DNA of 64,000 nt from an uncultured Planctomycetales bacterium. Its GTDB lineage: Bacteria; Planctomycetota; UBA1135; CAZZHK01. Shown in pieces: positions 1 through 8,711 of this stretch; the stretch's first letter is position 1; each line of letters opens with the position of its first letter. A program made the position numbers and the translations under genes. The notes under the pieces are model-generated. The model had not been told where the DNA came from. It saw only the letters and a list, made by a program, of their open reading frames with translations, and ran no database searches. The DNA lies in assembly GCA_964653725.1 (NCBI GenBank), contig CAZZHK010000014.1, forward strand, positions 10,405 through 74,404, read 5' to 3'.

Positions 1-1
1 G

Positions 2-3000
2 CTCGTCGTGCTGACCGCAAAGGGCCGCGCCCAGCGCACCCTCTCGACCGCGCGCTCCTGCCCCGATTGTGCGGTCGGACTTCCCGAGATGGAGCCGCGG
101 CTCTTCTCCTTCAACGGCACCGAAGGCGCCTGTTCGTCCTGTGGGGGACTCGGCTCCCGCTGGACCGCCCGGGAGGACCGGGTGGTCGTGGACCCGTCCG
201 CCACCATCGCCGAAGGCGCCCTCAAGCCCATGTCGCGGGAAGGCCGCATGGCCTTCACGCGGATGACCCTCGATGCGGTCGACCAGGTCGCGCAGCGGTA
301 CGGGTTCGACGTCCACACTCCATGGGACCAGCTCACGGCGGACCAGCGCCACGTCATCCTGCGGGGCACGTCAGAGGACATCGAGATCGAATGGACCTGG
401 GTGGGGAAGGGGCACACCTCAAGCGGCCGTGACCGACGACCGGTCAAGGGCCTCCTGACCGCGATCGAGGAAGCGGCACAGGGGCCCAAACGGAAGGCCG
501 CCGAACGTTATCTGGCCTTCCGTCCCTGCGACCATTGCAGGGGCAGCCGACTGAACGGCTTTGCCCGGGGCGTCCTCTTCAGGGAACGCTCGCTGGCCGA
601 TCTCGTCCACCTCTCCATCGATGACCTCGCATCGTGGCTGGACACGGTCGAACTGGATGACCGGGAGGACATCGTCGGCCAGGACATCTTCAGGGAACTC
701 CACCAGCGTCTGCACTTCCTGGGTGATGTCGGAGTCGGGTACCTGTCCCTGGGACGGAGCGGGGCCACGCTGGCCGGAGGCGAGGCCCAGCGGCTGCGTC
801 TGGCCGCCCAGCTGGGAGCCGGACTTCGAGGCGTGCTCTACGTTCTCGATGAACCCTCCATCGGCCTGCACCCCCGCGATCAGGCGCGCCTGATCAAGGC
901 CCTCAAGCGTCTCCGGGACCGCGGCAACAGCGTGATCGTCGTCGAGCATGATGCGGCCACCACCCTGGCGTCCGACTGGGTGATCGAGATCGGGCCGGGT
1001 CCGGGAAGGGAGGGCGGCCGCCTGGTCGACGAGGGTCACCCCGCCCTGGTGATGGCGAACGGTAGGGGCGCCACGGCCAGGGCACTGAGGGGCGAGATCG
1101 GCGTCCAGGTGCCCGACCAGCGGCGGCCGACCGACGGTCCCATGCTGGTCGTCAGGGGGGCGCGGGAGAACAACCTCAAGGGGATCGACGCTGCATTCCC
1201 GCTAGGATGCCTTACCTGCGTGACCGGTGTGTCAGGGTCGGGCAAGTCCAGCCTGGTCGACATGGTTCTGAAGCGCGCCCTCGCCCAGTCCATGCAGGGA
1301 GCCCTGGACCTGCCCGGAGACCATGACCGCATAGAGGGCGCGGAGACCCTCACCGCAGTGGTCGAGATCGACCAGAAGCCGGTCGGCCGCACCCCGCGAT
1401 CCAACCCGGCCACCTACAGCCAGGTCATGGGGCCCATTCGCGACCTGTTCTCGTCGTTGCCGGCCGCCCGTGTGCGCGGCTACGGCAAGGAGCGGTTTTC
1501 CTTCAACGTGTCCGCATCCAAGGGCGGTGGGCGGTGCGAAGCATGCAAGGGCGGCGGCTTTATCCAGGTCGAACTGCAGTTCCTGGCCCCGGTGACCGTC
1601 GCCTGTGAAGAGTGCGGCGGACGCCGCTACACCGCTGAGACCCTGGAGATCGAGTTCAAGGGTTCGTCGATCGCCGATGTCCTCGAGTCCACCGTGGACG
1701 AGGCCCTGCAGCTGTTCGCGGCGATTCCGCCCATCGCCCGCACCCTGGGGATCCTGAGCGAGGTGGGTCTGGGCTACCTCCCCCTCGGCCAGCCGTCGAC
1801 AACGCTGTCGGGGGGCGAGGCGCAGCGAGTCAAGCTGGCCCGGGAACTCAGGAAGGGGAGGCGCGGCAGCACCCTGTACCTGCTGGATGAACCGACCACC
1901 GGTCTGCACGCGGCGGACGTCGAGCGCCTGGTGGGTGCGCTCCAGAGGCTCGTCGACGCGGGCCACACGGTCGTTGTGGTGGAGCACGACCCCGACGTCA
2001 TCAAGGTTGCCGACCACGTCCTGGACCTCGGACCCGAAGGCGGCGAGGCCGGCGGACACATCGTGGCCCAAGGGACGCCGGAGTCCGTGTCAGCCTCGCC
2101 TGGCAGCTACACCGGCAAGGCCCTCGCGAGCCACCTGCGCGCGACCAGGCGCCGCCCCCCCTCCTCGAAGCCGAAAAAGGCCCTGGCGCGGCGCCCCAGC
2201 CCGCAGCTCGTCGTGCGTGGCGCACGAACCCACAACCTGCAGTCCATCGATGCACGCATTCCGCACGGGTCGCTGTGCGTCGTTACCGGCGTCTCCGGGT
2301 CGGGCAAGACGTCCCTGGCCCTGGACACGCTGTTCGCCGAGGGCCGGCGCCGTTTTGTCGACAGCCTCTCAACCTACGCCAGGCGCTTCCTTGGACGCTG
2401 GGAACGCGCGCCCGTCGACAGCATCAGCGGTCTGTCGCCCAGCATCGCCATTCGGGCCGACATCGGCGCCCGATCGCCGCGCAGCACGGTCGCCACGACC
2501 ACCGAGGTGCACGACTACCTTCGTGTGCTCTACGCCAGGATCGGGATCCCTCACTGCCCGCATTGCGGAGCGCTCCTGCAGCAGTGGTCCGCCTCGGCCC
2601 TGGCCCGTCGCATCATCGCGGACCACGACGGGGAGGACGCCTGGATTCTCGCGCCGCTGTGGGCCAAGGGAGAACGAACAGACTCATCCACCGAACTGCA
2701 GCGACGCCGTGGGCTGCTGCGAAAAGAGGGCTTCCTGCGCGTCCTGGTCGACGGCAAGGAGCACCGTCTCGACGAGGGCCGCATCCCGATCCCCGCCAGG
2801 AGCACGCCGGCAGTCGACCTCGTGATCGACCGCTTGAGTGTTGCAGGCAGCATCCGGAGCCGGATGGTCGAGGCGGTGGAGGTCGCCATCCGCTTCGGAG
2901 GCGGCGTGGTCGCGGTTCAAACCCGGCGCGGCACTCGCCGTGACTGGGCTTCCCACGGCGGCTGCACGGACTGCTCCTTCCACCTCGAAGGGGATCTGAC

Positions 3001-5056
3001 CCCCCAGGGATTCTCGTTCAACACGCACGCGGGGGCATGCCCCGACTGCCATGGGGTGGGGGAGCGGCACGCTCTCGATCCCGCCCTGCTGGTGGACCGC
3101 CCGGACCGCAGCCTGGGCGACGGCGCGATGAGTTCGCGCCCGGCGCGGCAGCTTGTGCGACGCCGCGGCTATTACCGCCGCGTCTGGAGGAAGTTGTTCG
3201 AACAGCGCGGCTGGGACCCGGACGCGGCCTGGTCGGACCTGGCTCCGGCCGCCCGCCGTCTCTTCCTGGAAGGAATCGGGGACCGCCGCGTCGAGGTCAC
3301 CTTCCGGTCAGCCAAGCGCGGATCCGAGAGGAGCTGGACATTCCAGGCTCGCTGGCCCGGAGCGATCCGGGTCCTGGAGGAGTGGTACGAGCGGGGAGAA
3401 CAGGCGCCCTGGGCCGCCGACCTGGCCGAACTCATGGATCGCCGCACCTGCCAGGGCTGCGACGGTCGCCGGCTCAGGCCCGAGGCCCTCGCCGTGCGCG
3501 TGGGAGGCCGGGGCATCGCCGAGGTGAACGCCATGACCGTCCACGAGGCCCTTCACGCCTTCCGGAAGCTGAGGCTCCCAAAGTCCGACGCGACGGTGGC
3601 GGAGCGCGTCATTCGGGAGATCCGCGGCCGCCTGAAAGTGCTGGACGACGTGGGGCTCGGCACCATGTCGCTGGACCGGCAGACGTCCACCCTTTCCGGC
3701 GGCGAGGCCCGCAGGATCCGGTTGGCCGCCGCCCTCGGGTCGGGGCTTGTGGGTGTCCTCTATGTCCTCGACGAACCGACTGTCGGCCTCCATCCCAGGG
3801 ACACGGGGCGCCTTCTGGACACGCTCAGGGGGCTACAGGCACACGGCAACACCGTGGTGCTGGTGGAGCACGACGAGGACTGCATACGAGCGGCGGACTG
3901 GGTCCTGGACATCGGTCCCGGCGCCGGACGCCGCGGCGGCCGCCTGGTCGTCCAGGGGTCGCCGGAACGGGTCGCCCGCTCACGACGGTCCGCCACGGGA
4001 GCCCTGCTGCGCGGCGAACTGCGCCTGGAGCGATCCGGCGACCGGGACCCTCGCCCTGCTGAGGAGTGGATCGAGGTGACCGGCGCGGCTACCCACAACC
4101 TGAGGGACCTCACCGCACGCTTCCCTACCGGATGCTTCACCGTGGTGACGGGCCCCTCGGGGGCGGGCAAATCAAGCCTTGTCATGCACACCCTTGTGCC
4201 TGCCCTGCAGGGAAAAACTGGACCCTGGACATCCACCACCGGTCTGGGGACATTGGAGCGCTTGGTTGTTGTGGACCAATCCCCGATCGGCAAGACGCCC
4301 GCCTCGAATCCCGCGACGGCGACGCGCGTCTTCACGCCGATGCGGCGCCTGTTCGCGGAGACCCGCGAGGCGCGGGCCAAGGGTTTCGGCCCGGCCCGAT
4401 TCTCCTTCAACCGGGCCGAGGGCCGCTGCCCCGCCTGCGAAGGCAGGGGGGCGCTGCGGATCGAGATGCACTTCCTGGCCGACGTCTGGCTCACCTGCGA
4501 AGAATGCCGCGGACGCCGCTACAACGAGGAGACGCTCCAGATCCTCTGGAAGGGACGTTCTATTGCGGACGTGCTGGACCTCGAGGTGGGGGAGGCACTC
4601 GAGTTCTTCGGTCGGGTCGAGGAGATCCGGCGCCCGCTTCAGATGCTGGCGGACGTGGGACTGGACTACCTGCCCCTTGGGCAGCCGGCCAACACCCTTT
4701 CCGGCGGCGAAGCGCAGCGCCTTCGCCTCGCCACGGAATTGCAGAGGCGGACCGGAACAAGAAGGGACAAGCATGCACTTCTGGTGCTGGACGAACCCAC
4801 GACCGGCCTCCACATGCAGGACGTCGTGCAGTTGACCGGCGTCCTCCAGCGGCTGGTGGACGCGGGCGACACCGTCATCGTCGTGGAGCACCACATGGAC
4901 ATGGCCGCCCAGGCCGACTGGGTCATCGACATGGGCCCCGACGGAGGCGCCAAGGGCGGGCGCATCGTCTCCCAGGGGCGACCGGAGCATGTCGCGCGGA
5001 GCCGGCGCTCCGCGACAGCACCGTTTCTTGCCTCCCGTCTTGAGGTGCTGCAGTGA
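2..5056 (+). CDS. uvrA: Tandem (single-chain double) UvrA-family excinuclease ABC subunit A; 5' end lies outside the window
   Basis: The frame is open to the window edge. The first visible residues match the mid-UvrA zinc module (CPDC...EPRLFSFN...CSSCGGLG). Unit 1 then shows LSGGEAQRLRLAAQLG, a second Walker A (GVSGSGKSS), a C-terminal Zn finger (CEACKGGG...CEECGGRRY) and LSGGEAQRVKLA...LLDEPTTGLH. A basic linker follows, and a second complete UvrA unit starts near 2204 (LVVRGARTHNL...GVSGSGKTSL). That unit has both ABC modules, all Zn modules and a region the length of a UvrB-binding domain. There is no in-frame stop between the units. Confidence 0.9.
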   Translation, partial: LVVLTAKGRAQRTLSTARSCPDCAVGLPEMEPRLFSFNGTEGACSSCGGLGSRWTAREDRVVVDPSATIAEGALKPMSREGRMAFTRMTLDAVDQVAQRYGFDVHTPWDQLTADQRHVILRGTSEDIEIEWTWVGKGHTSSGRDRRPVKGLLTAIEEAAQGPKRKAAERYLAFRPCDHCRGSRLNGFARGVLFRERSLADLVHLSIDDLASWLDTVELDDREDIVGQDIFRELHQRLHFLGDVGVGYLSLGRSGATLAGGEAQRLRLAAQLGAGLRGVLYVLDEPSIGLHPRDQARLIKALKRLRDRGNSVIVVEHDAATTLASDWVIEIGPGPGREGGRLVDEGHPALVMANGRGATARALRGEIGVQVPDQRRPTDGPMLVVRGARENNLKGIDAAFPLGCLTCVTGVSGSGKSSLVDMVLKRALAQSMQGALDLPGDHDRIEGAETLTAVVEIDQKPVGRTPRSNPATYSQVMGPIRDLFSSLPAARVRGYGKERFSFNVSASKGGGRCEACKGGGFIQVELQFLAPVTVACEECGGRRYTAETLEIEFKGSSIADVLESTVDEALQLFAAIPPIARTLGILSEVGLGYLPLGQPSTTLSGGEAQRVKLARELRKGRRGSTLYLLDEPTTGLHAADVERLVGALQRLVDAGHTVVVVEHDPDVIKVADHVLDLGPEGGEAGGHIVAQGTPESVSASPGSYTGKALASHLRATRRRPPSSKPKKALARRPSPQLVVRGARTHNLQSIDARIPHGSLCVVTGVSGSGKTSLALDTLFAEGRRRFVDSLSTYARRFLGRWERAPVDSISGLSPSIAIRADIGARSPRSTVATTTEVHDYLRVLYARIGIPHCPHCGALLQQWSASALARRIIADHDGEDAWILAPLWAKGERTDSSTELQRRRGLLRKEGFLRVLVDGKEHRLDEGRIPIPARSTPAVDLVIDRLSVAGSIRSRMVEAVEVAIRFGGGVVAVQTRRGTRRDWASHGGCTDCSFHLEGDLTPQGFSFNTHAGACPDCHGVGERHALDPALLVDRPDRSLGDGAMSSRPARQLVRRRGYYRRVWRKLFEQRGWDPDAAWSDLAPAARRLFLEGIGDRRVEVTFRSAKRGSERSWTFQARWPGAIRVLEEWYERGEQAPWAADLAELMDRRTCQGCDGRRLRPEALAVRVGGRGIAEVNAMTVHEALHAFRKLRLPKSDATVAERVIREIRGRLKVLDDVGLGTMSLDRQTSTLSGGEARRIRLAAALGSGLVGVLYVLDEPTVGLHPRDTGRLLDTLRGLQAHGNTVVLVEHDEDCIRAADWVLDIGPGAGRRGGRLVVQGSPERVARSRRSATGALLRGELRLERSGDRDPRPAEEWIEVTGAATHNLRDLTARFPTGCFTVVTGPSGAGKSSLVMHTLVPALQGKTGPWTSTTGLGTLERLVVVDQSPIGKTPASNPATATRVFTPMRRLFAETREARAKGFGPARFSFNRAEGRCPACEGRGALRIEMHFLADVWLTCEECRGRRYNEETLQILWKGRSIADVLDLEVGEALEFFGRVEEIRRPLQMLADVGLDYLPLGQPANTLSGGEAQRLRLATELQRRTGTRRDKHALLVLDEPTTGLHMQDVVQLTGVLQRLVDAGDTVIVVEHHMDMAAQADWVIDMGPDGGAKGGRIVSQGRPEHVARSRRSATAPFLASRLEVLQ

Positions 5057-6735
5057 ACCAGGTGCGCCCCCAGGCGCCGCTGATCGTCCAGGGTGACCGG
5101 ACCATCACGGTCGAGGTCTACCACCCGCGGTACGAGGAGATCCGGGACCAGCTCAACCGGTTCGCCGAACTGGTGAAGTCCCCCGAGCACCTGCACACCT
5201 ACCGCATGACTCCGGTTTCGATCTGGAATGCCGCCGCACTGGGCGAATCCGCGTCGGCCATCCGGGAGTTCCTGCTGAAGGAGAGCCGCTACCCGGTTGC
5301 ACCCGCGGTGCTGGACGAGATGGAGTCATGGCTGGGTCGGTACGGGCTCCTGCGCCTGGAACGGGTGGACGGCACGCTCCAGTTGGCGTGTGACGACAGC
5401 GCCGTCCTGCAGGAGGTCCTGAAATTCCATGACGTCGCGGACCTGGTGGGCGAGTCCTCGAATGGCCCTGCTTCCGTCACGGTGCCGGAGGACCACCGAG
5501 GCCTGGTCAAGCAGGCCCTGATCGCCCTGGAGTATCCGGTCGAGGACCTGGCCGGATACCGCGAAGGCGCCCCCCTTTCCTTTGCCCTGCGGACCGAGAC
5601 GGCAGGCCGTGCACCCTTCACCGTCAGGCCCTACCAGGCGGACGCGACCTCCGCGTTCCACCGGGACGGGGGGCCGGTAGGTGGCAACGGCGTCGTCGTC
5701 CTGCCCTGCGGAGCGGGCAAGACCATCGTCGGCATGAGCGTCATGGAGAAACTCCAGACACGGACCCTCATCCTCACCACGAACCAGGTCGCGGTAGGCC
5801 AGTGGCGTGCGGAACTGCTCGACAAGACCACCCTGCAGCCCGACCAGGTGGGCACCTATACCGCAGAGCACAAGACGGTCTGCCCCGTCACCATCACCAC
5901 CTACCAGATGATGACGTGGCGCCGCAGCCGGGAGGGTGAATTCGAGCACATGGCGCTGTTCAACGAGCACGACTGGGGCCTCATCATCTACGACGAGGTG
6001 CATCTGCTGCCGGCCCCCGTTTTCCGGGCAACGGCTGACATCCAGGCGCGCCGCCGCCTCGGTCTGACCGCCACACTGGTGCGGGAGGACGAGAAGGAGG
6101 ACGAGGTCTTCTGCCTGATCGGTCCCAAGCGCGCGGACATCCCCTGGAAGGTCCTCGAGTCCCAGGGCTGGATCGCCAGCGTCCGGTGCGTGGAAGTGCG
6201 CGTTCCATTCTCCGGCGAACTCAAGCGCGTGTATGCCGCTTCACAAAACCGGCAGCGGTTCCGTCTCGCTTCAGAGAACGAGGCCAAGGACGATGCAGTG
6301 GAGCGCCTAGTGGCACTGCACGAGGACGACCAGATCCTCGTGATCGGCCAATACCTGGATCAGCTTCGCCGTCTGCGCGACAGACTGGACGTACCCATGA
6401 TCAGCGGGCGCACCCCGAATGAGGAGCGCGAACGCCTCTACAAGGAGTTTCGCGAGCGGCGGGTCAACACGCTCATCGTCAGCAAGGTGGGCAATTTCGC
6501 CGTCGACCTGCCCGATGCCAATGTCGCCATCCAGGTCTCGGGAACCTACGGGTCGCGGCAGGAAGAGGCCCAGAGGCTGGGACGGATCCTGCGGCCCAAG
6601 GAGGACGGCGCCGGCGCCACCTTCTACACCCTGGTGACCGAGGACAGCCGCGAGGGGAGCTTCGCCCAGAAGAGGCAGAGATTCCTCACCGAACAGGGAT
6701 ATGCCTACGAGATCCGCTCGGAGAGGCCGGAGTGA
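5053..6735 (+). CDS. xpb: XPB/Rad25/ERCC3-type SF2 DNA helicase (bacterial XPB homologue)
   Basis: Helicase motifs are LPCGAGKT (motif I), YDEVHLLPA (DEVH, motif II) and an RED motif in TATLVREDEKEDE, followed by a C-terminal RecA-like lobe (SKVGNFAVDLPDANV...SRQEEAQRLGR). The N-terminal ~130 aa resemble the XPB damage-recognition-like domain. The GTG start overlaps the uvrA stop (GTGA at 5053-5056). Confidence 0.9.
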   Translation: MNQVRPQAPLIVQGDRTITVEVYHPRYEEIRDQLNRFAELVKSPEHLHTYRMTPVSIWNAAALGESASAIREFLLKESRYPVAPAVLDEMESWLGRYGLLRLERVDGTLQLACDDSAVLQEVLKFHDVADLVGESSNGPASVTVPEDHRGLVKQALIALEYPVEDLAGYREGAPLSFALRTETAGRAPFTVRPYQADATSAFHRDGGPVGGNGVVVLPCGAGKTIVGMSVMEKLQTRTLILTTNQVAVGQWRAELLDKTTLQPDQVGTYTAEHKTVCPVTITTYQMMTWRRSREGEFEHMALFNEHDWGLIIYDEVHLLPAPVFRATADIQARRRLGLTATLVREDEKEDEVFCLIGPKRADIPWKVLESQGWIASVRCVEVRVPFSGELKRVYAASQNRQRFRLASENEAKDDAVERLVALHEDDQILVIGQYLDQLRRLRDRLDVPMISGRTPNEERERLYKEFRERRVNTLIVSKVGNFAVDLPDANVAIQVSGTYGSRQEEAQRLGRILRPKEDGAGATFYTLVTEDSREGSFAQKRQRFLTEQGYAYEIRSERPE

Positions 6736-8711
6736 GATCACCCCTGGCCGATCTGCTGTCCTCACTGCCGGACGAGGCAGTCAAGGATCTGCACGCATTC
6801 TGGTGTCCCGAGGGGGAGGAAGGCCGAGGTCCGCTCCTGGGTGCGATGACGAACGCCGGCTCGGTGGCCACCCGCTGGAACGACCTGGGCAGGAAACTGG
6901 TCCAGCTCATGGGCCATTTCCTGCGCGAGCCCGGCTACACGAACTCCACCAGCGCCCTCAAGCGATCGCGCTCCTTCGCGTTCCTCACCCCCTACGAGAT
7001 CGAGGCGGCCCTCGCCGCGCTGGCGCGCCGGGGCTTCCTGTTTCCGGTCGATTCCGCACCCTGGGGCGACGCGGGAACTGACGCGTTTGCCGTTCCCGAG
7101 GAGCTGGGCGTGATGCTGACCGATCTGCTGCGGCGCGAGAACGCCGGCGTGGCGGCATGCCTGGACATCCAGTCCTACCTGAAGACCCGCGACATCGCCT
7201 CCAACGGCACCTCTGAGGCGGCCGTCCGCCTCCTGGGGCGTCCCACGGCGGTTCTTTCCAGGCTGGAGACGACCACGCACCCGCTGGACGATCTGGTCCA
7301 CCGGACCGCCAGCGACTTCGGAGGCATCCTGACCCGCGCCATGTTCGACCCCCTCCACATGGAGTCTCCCGTCTGGGAGGACTCGGCGTGGAGGGCCGAT
7401 CTCGAGGACAAGTATCTCGGCGCGGTCACCGACCTGGCCCTGGAGCGATTCGGCATCCGATGCAACGAAGAGGCCCTGGTGCTGTTCCGCGAAACCATGG
7501 AGGCCATTTCCGGCACCGAGCCCCCGGTGCCCGAGCCGCAGAGCGTGGCCGAGGTGGGGATCGACCTGCTCAGCAACGTCTCGCGCTTTCTGACCTACCA
7601 TCAGGAGCACAGCGTCCGGTTCACCGCGAAGGGGTCCATCTTCAGGACCACTGCGCAGCGCATCGCCTCCAAGCTGCTGCCTGTCGCGGACGGAGAGATC
7701 GCCGACCTGGAAGTACTTGACCTGATCCGGCGCTTCTCGCTTTCGACGCGCCTGATCGCGAGAACAGCCGAACGCACCTACAGGGTGGGGCCGGAAGCGG
7801 TGGGGTGGGACAACCTGGATGTGGAAGAGAAGGCGCGCCGGTTTCTCCAGGCCATCGTCGAGGACCAGGACCTGCCCGGGGAGTACTTCCACCAGATCCG
7901 TCTTCGCCGCCTGCTCCTCGGCGAGCTGGCCGCGCTCGAAGACGGCGAGTGGGTCCCCGTCATGCGTCCCATGTTCGCAGCCCGCAATCGTTACCTGGCC
8001 CGCCTCGAGGAGTCTGAAGCAGGCGACTTCTTCGCCTCGCGATTCCGATACGCCCACTACATCCCCCTCGAGACGCCCCAGCAGATGGCATGGAACCTCC
8101 TGGACTGGGTCCGTCGCCGCCTCCACCCCCTCGGGCTTGTCGACCTGGGTTACGACGGCGCCGGCCGTCCCTGCGCACTTAGGCTGAGCACGCTGGGGGC
8201 CCGGGTGCTCCAGGGCCAGGGTGCGCAGGTCGACATCGCAGGCCACCTGGTCGTGAATCCCGATTTCGAGGTCGTGCTGTTTCCTGCCGGGGACGACCTC
8301 GACCTGACCCATGCCCTGGACCGTTTCTGCGAGCGCACCAAGACGGACGTCCTGCTGCACTACCTGGTCACAGAGGAAAGCGTGCTGCGCGGCATGGCCG
8401 AGGGCATGTCGCTGGACCACATGCTGGCCACCCTCAGCGGACACAGCCGCGTCGCGGTGCCGCAGAACGTCCTGTTCTCGCTCGAGTCCTGGTGCGAGCC
8501 CAGGGGGCGGCTCCGGATCGGCGGCGGAGGACACCTGAGCTGCGACCACGCCGAGACCCTCGACCGCGTGATGGGCCAGCCACCCCTGCGCGAACTCATC
8601 GAGGAGCGGACCGGCCCGGTCACGGTCCGGATCAAGAAGGACATCCCGGCGGCTCGCCTCCGGTCCCGGCTGTGCAAGGCCGGCTTCACCGTCGAGAAGA
8701 ATGGAGGATGA
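6732..8711 (+). CDS. XPB-associated protein; its C-terminal domain is homologous to the XPB N-terminal domain (p52/Tfb2-like partner candidate)
   Basis: Amino-acid composition is normal, unlike the R/G/P-rich antisense ORF 6762-8549. The GTG start overlaps the xpb stop (GTGA at 6732-6735). Residues ~506-625 align by eye with XPB residues ~10-135 (see findings). As I recall, a comparable conserved gene sits next to XPB in actinobacteria. Confidence 0.7.
   Translation: MRSPLADLLSSLPDEAVKDLHAFWCPEGEEGRGPLLGAMTNAGSVATRWNDLGRKLVQLMGHFLREPGYTNSTSALKRSRSFAFLTPYEIEAALAALARRGFLFPVDSAPWGDAGTDAFAVPEELGVMLTDLLRRENAGVAACLDIQSYLKTRDIASNGTSEAAVRLLGRPTAVLSRLETTTHPLDDLVHRTASDFGGILTRAMFDPLHMESPVWEDSAWRADLEDKYLGAVTDLALERFGIRCNEEALVLFRETMEAISGTEPPVPEPQSVAEVGIDLLSNVSRFLTYHQEHSVRFTAKGSIFRTTAQRIASKLLPVADGEIADLEVLDLIRRFSLSTRLIARTAERTYRVGPEAVGWDNLDVEEKARRFLQAIVEDQDLPGEYFHQIRLRRLLLGELAALEDGEWVPVMRPMFAARNRYLARLEESEAGDFFASRFRYAHYIPLETPQQMAWNLLDWVRRRLHPLGLVDLGYDGAGRPCALRLSTLGARVLQGQGAQVDIAGHLVVNPDFEVVLFPAGDDLDLTHALDRFCERTKTDVLLHYLVTEESVLRGMAEGMSLDHMLATLSGHSRVAVPQNVLFSLESWCEPRGRLRIGGGGHLSCDHAETLDRVMGQPPLRELIEERTGPVTVRIKKDIPAARLRSRLCKAGFTVEKNGG

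Noticed and set aside
2100-2210. Whether the tandem UvrA is really two adjacent genes (a missed stop or start at the junction).
   Set aside because: The reading frame is continuous through the linker with no in-frame stop. I see no SD-plus-start arrangement at the beginning of unit 2, so I treat it as a genuine fusion. An assembly or sequencing error cannot be excluded from the sequence alone.
6762-8549. A 595-aa ORF on the minus strand, antisense to the XPB-partner gene.
   Set aside because: Its composition is R/G/P/A/Q-rich with no recognisable motifs, as expected for the open antisense frame of a GC3-rich gene. The plus-strand protein has normal composition, a domain homologous to XPB, and overlap coupling to both neighbours.
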